From Spirochaetales bacterium (GTDB lineage Bacteria; Spirochaetota; Spirochaetia; Treponematales; UBA12059): DNA of 53,046 nt. The stretch lies in NCBI GenBank assembly GCA_016928955.1, contig JAFGJV010000056.1, forward strand, positions 1 to 53,046. Reading direction: 5' to 3'. The notes under the pieces are model-generated. The model saw only the letters and a program-made list of their open reading frames with translations, was not told the DNA's origin and made no database searches. The translations under genes were made by a program, and so were the position numbers. Shown in pieces: positions 47,501 to 53,046 of the stretch (position 1 is the stretch's first letter; every line of letters begins with the position of its first letter).

Positions 47501-50500
47501 CGTCCAGGCTGACGGACGAGCCAGCGTGTGGGTCAGCGTGCAGGATGCGGACGGGACCCAGCGCTATACCAAGATCGATTTTGACAACGACAATACAGCC
47601 CCTGATATCCAGGTGCTTGCTCCTTCGGGATCCCAGCCTGGCGCCTTTACCCTGGTGGTCAGGGCCAAGGACGCCAGGGGCATAGCGTCGCTCAGCTGGG
47701 AGGCCGGCGGCCAGAAAGGCCAGTTTGACCTTATTCCGGGCACGGGAGACGGAGCCGCAGACTTCAGCTTCCCGGCCAAGGGCGCTTCCTTGAACGTGGT
47801 GGTGCGGGCCGTGGACGGCTCGGGGCTTTCCGCCCAAACCACGGCCACCGTGGCCTACGACGCGGCGGCCGACACCCCGGCCTGCCAGTTCCTTGGTCCC
47901 CTGGACGGCGTGGACCGCGCGTCGGACGGGCCCATCCTGGCCTACGCCAAGGACGACGACGGCGTGGCCTCCGTGTCCCTGTCCGTGGACGGCGTGGCTA
48001 GCGGCGCCGAGGGCCCCGGGCCCGTGTTCCTGGTGGACCCCGGCGCCCTGCCCTCAGGCCGCCGTTCCCTGAGCCTGGTGGCCGTGGACACAGGCGGCGT
48101 GCCGTCAGTCAAGGCGGCCGCCGGCTTTACCAAACTGGGACCCGGCCCTGTAGCGTCGTTCAAGACGCTCCAGTCGGGCAAGGCAGAAGCCGTGCCCTAC
48201 CAGCCAGGTTTGGCGTACGCGATAGACGGTGCCGCCACGCTCGCGGTATCGGTGGCAGCGCCCAACGGCCTTGCGTCCGCCGAATACAGCGTGAACGGCG
48301 CCGAGTGGGCCAAGCTGGCGGTACCGGCCAAACCGGACGCCGACGGAGCCTGGCCGCTGTCCATACCGCTGGCCGGAACCCTGCCTTTTGACCGCGTGCT
48401 GGTGTCGCTCAGATTGACTGACGCCACCGGCTCCCAGGGTAGCGCCTCCGCCGTGATATACCGCGTGGCCCCGCCGCCGGTCGCCGAGGTTTTGGACAAA
48501 GAAGGCGTGTACCTGAGCGACAGGCGCCTGGGCGACGACGGCTCGGTGCTCCTTGCGCCCGGGGAAAGCCTGGGCGCCCTGTGGAACGGCCGGCCCATAG
48601 ACACGGTCAGCCTGGTACCCGCCGTGCCCTTTGTGGAAGTCGGCCACGACGCTGGCTCAATTACCGTGACGGCCACTGGCGAGGGCCTGGCCCAGCCTGC
48701 CGTCATCAGGGTGCGCACCGTGGACGGCGATACCTTCAATTCCATACCCCTGAGCTTCCGGTCGGACGCGGCCGGGCCTGAATTGTCGCTCAAAGGGCTT
48801 GCCGCCCAGGCCTGGGTAGGCTCGTCCATAACCCTGGCCGGCACCGCGGCGGACCCCAACGGCGTGGCGTCTGTGGAATGGTCCCTGGACGCCGGCCTGA
48901 CCTGGACGGCCCTGCCCACGCCCGCGGGCGCCCTGGCCGCCACGCGGGAGTTTTCCCAGACCGTGGGCCTGGACGCCCCCGACGGCGCGATCGAGCTCCT
49001 TGTCCGCGCCTCGGACGGCGCTGGCAGGCAGACCTTTGCGTCGCTTCCCTTATGGAAGGACACGGCCGCGCCCGTGGCGGCCCTTGCTGCGCCCGGAGCG
49101 GGCCACCTAGTCAACGGAACGGTGTTGCTGTCAGGCGTGGCCCAGGACTCAGGCGACCTCATAAGCGTTGAGTACGCTCCCGACGGCTCGTCCTGGCAGC
49201 CGGTGACGGCGCAGGCCCTGGGCTCCGGCCCGGCCTGGCCGGACGGCAAGGGAGCCGAAACGCCCGAGCACACGGGCCGCTGGAGCTTTGAGCTCCTTGT
49301 GGACCTGGCCACCCTCCAGGCCGACCCCTCCGCCCTGGCCTTCCGCCTGCGCGACAAGTCGGGCAACGAGACCGTATACAAGCCCCTGGCCGGCGACGAG
49401 CCGGCCTTTGCCGTGGACATAGAGGCTGACAAGCCGCGCGCCCAGGTGCAGGTCCCCGCTGAGAACGACGTGATGCGTTCCGACTTCGTGGTGTCAGGCA
49501 TGGCCTTTGACGACGACGGCGTGGCCGAGATCCACTGGCGAGTGGACGGCGGCGAGTGGACCCGCGTGGACGGCGCCAACGCCTTCTCCGTGCCCTTCAA
49601 GCTGGCCGACACGGCAGACAACGAGCACCTGTTCGAGGCATACGCCGTGGACCTCAACGGCGTCCGGGGCGACACGGCCGAGCGGCGCTTCCGCGTCAGC
49701 CGCGAGGAGCCCGTGGGCAGGCTCACCGGCCCTGACGTGTCAGTGACCAACCGGGGCGTCATCGTCCTTACCGGGGACGCATCCGACGCGAACGACATCA
49801 AGGACGTGTGGGTGTCCTTTGACAACGGCAACACATACAACCGAGCCACGGGCACCACGGCCTGGACCTACACCCTGGACACCCGCGTCCTCCAGGACGG
49901 CGTGCACAGCGTGTACCTCAAGCTGGTTGACGGCTACGACACCCCGGGCTTTGCCGCCGGCCTTATATCCGTGGACAACACCGCCCCCGCGCTGGAGCTG
50001 ACCGGCCCCGCGGACGGCGAGGAATTCACCGGAAGCATGCTTTTGGGCGGGCGCTCGTCAGACGCCGTGCTGGTCAAGTCGATTGTGGCCGAACTCACGC
50101 CCATAGGGGCGCAGGCCGCCGTCAGGACCCTCCCGGTGACCGTGGCCGACGTGTTCAGCCTGGCCGTTGACCTTTCAGGCCTGGCCCCAGGCTGGTACAA
50201 CATCAAGGTGAGCGCCGCCGACGGGGCGGACAACCGCAGCTACCAGTCGCGCAACATAGTCGTCCGCGAGAGCAAGAAGGCGGAGCTGGCCGAGCTCATC
50301 TTCCCGGCCCACGGCGAGCGCCTCTCCGGCCGCTTTACCCTGGACGGCCGCGTGGTGGCGGAAACCCTGCCGGACAGCGCCGAGGTGTTCCTTGGCGGCG
50401 CCAGCTTTGGCACGGTGGAGCTGAACGACGAAGGCTACTTCTCCCTGCGCGTTGAGCCGGGCCAGGTGACGGACGGCGAGCTTGTGTTCACGGTACGGGC

Positions 50501-51608
50501 CACGGGCTCAGGCGGGGCGGCGCTCGCGTCCGAACCGCGCACCGTGATATACCAGCGGGAAGGCCCCTGGGCGGACATAGACTCCCTGGATACCGGCGAC
50601 TTTGTGACCGGGCGGCCCTTCCTGACCGGAGCGGCGGGATGGGACACCGCGCCCGCGGACAAGGAAGACAAGGAAGCATGGGCCGCGTACCAGAAACTCC
50701 TCAAGGAGAGGAAACCCGTCAAGGTGGAGATCAGCCGGGACAACGGCCGCAGTTTCCAGGAAGCCAAAGGCTCGGATGAGTTCCGCTACCGCCTGGAAAC
50801 CCAGGAGTATCCCAACGGCGAGCTCAGGCTGATCGTACGCGTCACCTACGCCAACGGCCAGACGGCCGTGCGCAAGCGCATCGTCACCCTGGACACCAAG
50901 CCGGCCCAGGTGGCCATAGTCAAGCCCGGCGAGAACGGGCGCTTCAACGGCAGCATAGCGATAGAAGGCACGGCCTACGACGAGAACGGCCTTCAGTCCG
51001 TGGACGTGATCGTCCGCTCGGGCGACAAGGCGTCCTACGAGGTGCCGGGCTTTATCCAGGGCTCATACCTGGACATGCATCTTCTGGGCGCCACGCGCTG
51101 GGAAGCCGGTCTTGGCCTGTCGTTCTTTGACGACAACGTGCGGCTCCAGGCCAACTTTGGCCAGGGCTTTGACGCACAGCCCAGCTGGGACAACCTTCTG
51201 GGCTTTGCGGACGCGAGCACACCGGCTTCAGAGCTGTCGCGCTTTACGGGCTTTGTGCTCGGGTTCAAGCTCCTGGCCAACCTTGCGTACATACCCTTTG
51301 GCTACTACTTTGGACCGGACTGGGACTTCTTCTCCATGTCGTTTGCCATGGGAGCCACGTTCACGTACTTCTCCCAGTCCAGCGACCTGAGCCTTTTGTT
51401 CACGCCGCCCGACGGCAAGTACATGGTCCTGTCCGGCGTGGTGGTCCAGTGGGAGTTCGCCAAGTTCACCCTGCCCGGCACCTTCCCCAAATCCCTGGGG
51501 CTGTACCTGGAGGGCGGGCTGGTGTTCATACCCTCGGAGGCGTCGCTCAGCCTGGCCGAGTTCATGCGCGCCACCGTGGCCCTGGGCTTACGCATAGGCC
51601 TGTTCTAA
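44559..51608 (+). CDS. Giant secreted Ig-like (Big) repeat protein with C-terminal beta-barrel, ~2349 aa
   Basis: Leader MRSKFFVVFAIILAAVLPLAG; recurring G.A.D..G...V....DG..W and RA.D.AGN units; amphipathic C-terminus ending LGLRIGLF. Confidence 0.85.
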   Translation: MRSKFFVVFAIILAAVLPLAGQETGADTGSGSGDEAGTEAPLPEEQPAEQPTQGGGSGDGWATAEGLDNWRYDYDISGFKPGTYNILVRATDSAGNVSFGGPFNIVVDPESDYPVVGIANPLPFMRAGADLNVVGTCVDDDSVDYVEVRVDDGEWVRAEGSDYWSYYLKTKDLADGLHLLKARGVDSFGVAGNEVQVPFHLDRTKPLHEVAEPAFGTLVSGKLSLSGTVYDANGLSSVAWSQDGSAWLPLKYSLDKKTNTAGFSVAIDTRKLEDGPQVLWLRSTDGVGSEGVAVFLYFVDNTQPELAVLSPAPESAVNGRYTITGRVYDTVGVKSLEWTYGKESGQVELLPGNPYFSVSFQAPPQAGKATVLFSTTDITGNVTEANVSYQVDPRTDLPRVTLGRPGPGSQAFELLEVSGGARDDDGVASVEWRVDNGQAASITTDGAFSFSVGGLEAGAHTLYVRALDVNGLAGQWLELPFSYTAGPPLVNITGASDSGGQRSFAPGLVLSTMDGKAVLSGTVTAMNALTELTWSVNGSEPQKLAPGKTPGSFDFSLNLPASLPYGVLNLTISAKDAAGQEGLFKAPLYAVNYSRPRAGPLIDLAGAGDSGTIAISADAPLWGAFVAPYPDEALAGVELVPASALVAASFEGSLIKVSQLAQGATPPTTVVALTTRGHRFEAGPFVFLTDAEPPQVKIAEPAFGSWHKSGFTVKAQAADGDAVAAVEYSVNGAAWQPMSAAGGAYSAPVDIAGLSGPVHLAVRAVDKAGNQGQAATAVMVDTEAPAPQLILPLPGDASIGQRLYAFRPGESAQSTASVEVGRGAVFETLPYAPLVMFSADASGGPLLIRVTDKAGNIAELKPAEALAAERVGSAPAALDELKSGGPGAGSGASASWTGADGTGQLAWTAPFVDAADPALFPDAAPLRLSGAASLGAVFTGVSPDPKKPVAFWGFDPAALTQALALKASKTPGAWDASIKLPVQADGRASVWVSVQDADGTQRYTKIDFDNDNTAPDIQVLAPSGSQPGAFTLVVRAKDARGIASLSWEAGGQKGQFDLIPGTGDGAADFSFPAKGASLNVVVRAVDGSGLSAQTTATVAYDAAADTPACQFLGPLDGVDRASDGPILAYAKDDDGVASVSLSVDGVASGAEGPGPVFLVDPGALPSGRRSLSLVAVDTGGVPSVKAAAGFTKLGPGPVASFKTLQSGKAEAVPYQPGLAYAIDGAATLAVSVAAPNGLASAEYSVNGAEWAKLAVPAKPDADGAWPLSIPLAGTLPFDRVLVSLRLTDATGSQGSASAVIYRVAPPPVAEVLDKEGVYLSDRRLGDDGSVLLAPGESLGALWNGRPIDTVSLVPAVPFVEVGHDAGSITVTATGEGLAQPAVIRVRTVDGDTFNSIPLSFRSDAAGPELSLKGLAAQAWVGSSITLAGTAADPNGVASVEWSLDAGLTWTALPTPAGALAATREFSQTVGLDAPDGAIELLVRASDGAGRQTFASLPLWKDTAAPVAALAAPGAGHLVNGTVLLSGVAQDSGDLISVEYAPDGSSWQPVTAQALGSGPAWPDGKGAETPEHTGRWSFELLVDLATLQADPSALAFRLRDKSGNETVYKPLAGDEPAFAVDIEADKPRAQVQVPAENDVMRSDFVVSGMAFDDDGVAEIHWRVDGGEWTRVDGANAFSVPFKLADTADNEHLFEAYAVDLNGVRGDTAERRFRVSREEPVGRLTGPDVSVTNRGVIVLTGDASDANDIKDVWVSFDNGNTYNRATGTTAWTYTLDTRVLQDGVHSVYLKLVDGYDTPGFAAGLISVDNTAPALELTGPADGEEFTGSMLLGGRSSDAVLVKSIVAELTPIGAQAAVRTLPVTVADVFSLAVDLSGLAPGWYNIKVSAADGADNRSYQSRNIVVRESKKAELAELIFPAHGERLSGRFTLDGRVVAETLPDSAEVFLGGASFGTVELNDEGYFSLRVEPGQVTDGELVFTVRATGSGGAALASEPRTVIYQREGPWADIDSLDTGDFVTGRPFLTGAAGWDTAPADKEDKEAWAAYQKLLKERKPVKVEISRDNGRSFQEAKGSDEFRYRLETQEYPNGELRLIVRVTYANGQTAVRKRIVTLDTKPAQVAIVKPGENGRFNGSIAIEGTAYDENGLQSVDVIVRSGDKASYEVPGFIQGSYLDMHLLGATRWEAGLGLSFFDDNVRLQANFGQGFDAQPSWDNLLGFADASTPASELSRFTGFVLGFKLLANLAYIPFGYYFGPDWDFFSMSFAMGATFTYFSQSSDLSLLFTPPDGKYMVLSGVVVQWEFAKFTLPGTFPKSLGLYLEGGLVFIPSEASLSLAEFMRATVALGLRIGLF

Positions 51609-51662
51609 CGCACACGCTGTTTTATGGGCGACGCTTGTGAGCCAGGCGCCAGCGCATAGCGC

Positions 51663-51697
51663 ACGGGGCTTCCCTGAACGGGGAGCCCCGTTTTTTT
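51663..51697 (+). terminator. Intrinsic terminator of the giant gene
   Basis: ACGGGGCTTCCC..GGGGAGCCCCG followed by T7. Confidence 0.85.
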
Positions 51698-51872
51698 GTT
51701 GCGCGTGCTAACTATATTGCTTCTATCCTGGTTATCCTGTCCTTATTCGTCCTCAAGAATAATGTGGACAGGATGTACAGGTTGTTGACGAGCCCCGGAT
51801 TCGGATTGTCAAACGCTACACTGTTCTGGTTTTTACGTAGGATACCGCAAAGTGGATGCGAGTAAAAATGAA

Positions 51873-51907
51873 GGCTGCTGGCAAAGCAAGCAGCTTTGTC
51901 AGCAGCC
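51873..51907. repeat. Palindromic hairpin (IS-end-like; may terminate the repeat-protein gene)
   Basis: GGCTGCTGGCAAAGC aagca GCTTTGTCAGCAGCC. Confidence 0.55.
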
Positions 51908-51932
51908 CATTAAGAGACGCTAGCCCGCCGGC

Positions 51933-53046
51933 TTATCCCCAGATAGCGTACAAGGTGACGTTGGCCCCGCCGAGCGGCAAGGGGTCGCCCGGATTGTAGT
52001 CGGTGCCCAGTCCGTCCGCCTGGGTGTTCCATCTAAGGAAGCTGAAGCCGGTCTTGGTCAGGGTGCCCTCCGTCAGGGCTGCGGTGGTGGCCGTACCCAG
52101 GTAGAGGTTGGAGTCCACGGGCGCCGTGCCTCCGTCATTGGTGTTGCCGTCGTAGGTGACGGTGTAGGTGGCTGCGGCCGTCCATTGGGCGTACAGGGTA
52201 AGGGCGGCAGCCGGCATGCTGAAGCCAAAGCCGGCGTAATACCAGGTGCCGGAGCCGTCGGTCGCCGTGTTCCAGCCCACAAAGGAATTGCCCGTGAGCG
52301 TAAGGGTGCCCTGGTCGAGCACGGTCACGCCCGAGCCGTAGTCGTAGGGGCTGGACGGATCGGTGGGAACGACGCCGCCGTCTGAGCTGTTGCCGTCATA
52401 GGACAGGGCGTAGCTGTTGACGGTCCACTGGGCGTACAGGTCCGTATTGGCGTTGATGGTGAAGGTGGCGCCGCCGGCGTAGGCCGTTCCTGAGCCGTTG
52501 GCCGCCGTGTTCCAGCCGGCAAAACTGTAGCCGGTCAGGCTGAGCGACCCCTGATTCATGACTGTCACCGTGGAGCCGCTTGCGTAGGGGCTGGATGGAT
52601 CCACGGGAGCGGTGCCGCCGTCTGAACCGTTGCCGTAGTAGGTGACGGTGTAGGTAGGTGTGGCAACCCACTGGGCAAAGAGGGTAACGGCAGAGTCCGG
52701 CATGGCAAAAGTGGCTGCCGGCGCGTAGGCCGTGCCCGAGCCGTCAAAAGCGGTGTTCCAGCCATTGAACGTATACCCGGTGCGCGTCATGGTGCCCGCG
52801 TCAAGCACGGTGACCGTGGCGCCGTAATCGTAGGGGCTGGAAGGATCGGTGGGAACGACGCCGCCATCTGAGCTATTGCCGTCGTAGGTCAGGGTGTAGC
52901 TGTTGATGGTCCACTGTGCAAAGAGGGTAACGGCAGCGTCCGGCATGGCAAAGGTGGCTGCGGGCGCGTAGGCCGTGCCCGAGCCGTTGGCCGCCGTATT
53001 CCAGCCACTGAACGTATACCCGGTGCGCGTCATGGTGCCCGCGTCA
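51933..53046 (-). CDS. InlB B-repeat (Listeria-Bacteroides repeat) surface protein, 5' end outside the window
   Basis: Four complete plus one partial ~81-aa repeat: YTVTYDGN..GG..P...TGY.F.GWNT..DGSGT.Y...TLYAQW; frame open to the window edge. Confidence 0.88.
   Translation of the reverse strand, partial: DAGTMTRTGYTFSGWNTAANGSGTAYAPAATFAMPDAAVTLFAQWTINSYTLTYDGNSSDGGVVPTDPSSPYDYGATVTVLDAGTMTRTGYTFNGWNTAFDGSGTAYAPAATFAMPDSAVTLFAQWVATPTYTVTYYGNGSDGGTAPVDPSSPYASGSTVTVMNQGSLSLTGYSFAGWNTAANGSGTAYAGGATFTINANTDLYAQWTVNSYALSYDGNSSDGGVVPTDPSSPYDYGSGVTVLDQGTLTLTGNSFVGWNTATDGSGTWYYAGFGFSMPAAALTLYAQWTAAATYTVTYDGNTNDGGTAPVDSNLYLGTATTAALTEGTLTKTGFSFLRWNTQADGLGTDYNPGDPLPLGGANVTLYAIWG

Noticed and set aside
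48197..49858. 553-aa antisense ORF, and similar ones at 41165-42682, 19822-21018, 39360-40538
   Set aside because: Antisense shadows of well-supported genes, expected at this GC content
51933..53046. Diversity-generating retroelement TR/VR pair
   Set aside because: Repeat differences are not confined to adenines, both copies are in-frame domain repeats, and no reverse transcriptase is in the window

Overview
High-GC bacterial chromosomal segment, most likely from a free-living spirochaete (inferred from the gene set: M23-bactofilin-YaaR-RicT, degenerate YmdB, cyclophilin-FKBP lipoprotein, REC-X-REC regulator, giant Ig-repeat protein). It holds about 38 mostly housekeeping CDSs, including htpG, tkt, ppx-ppk1, malQ, cobU-cbiR-cobS, msrB, ssb and deoD. 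I saw no rRNA, tRNA, CRISPR array, transposase or prophage. The most notable signals are: (1) a non-autonomous palindromic mobile element family, with two 108-bp three-hairpin copies and one 35-bp copy carrying 4-bp flanking direct repeats and compensatory stem changes, plus other IS-end-like mini-hairpins; (2) two apparent pseudoenzymes, a YmdB lacking its metal ligands and a GAF-GAF histidine kinase with a decayed ATP-binding domain; (3) a ~2350-aa Ig-repeat protein ending in a small outer-membrane beta-barrel, divergent from a REC-STAS-REC/hybrid-kinase pair; (4) a minimal cobamide-remodelling operon; (5) msrB with two SD-led in-frame starts; (6) several probably leaderless genes; (7) a membrane adenylyl cyclase-M28 peptidase operon. 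All family calls come from motif recognition by eye; no database search was run.
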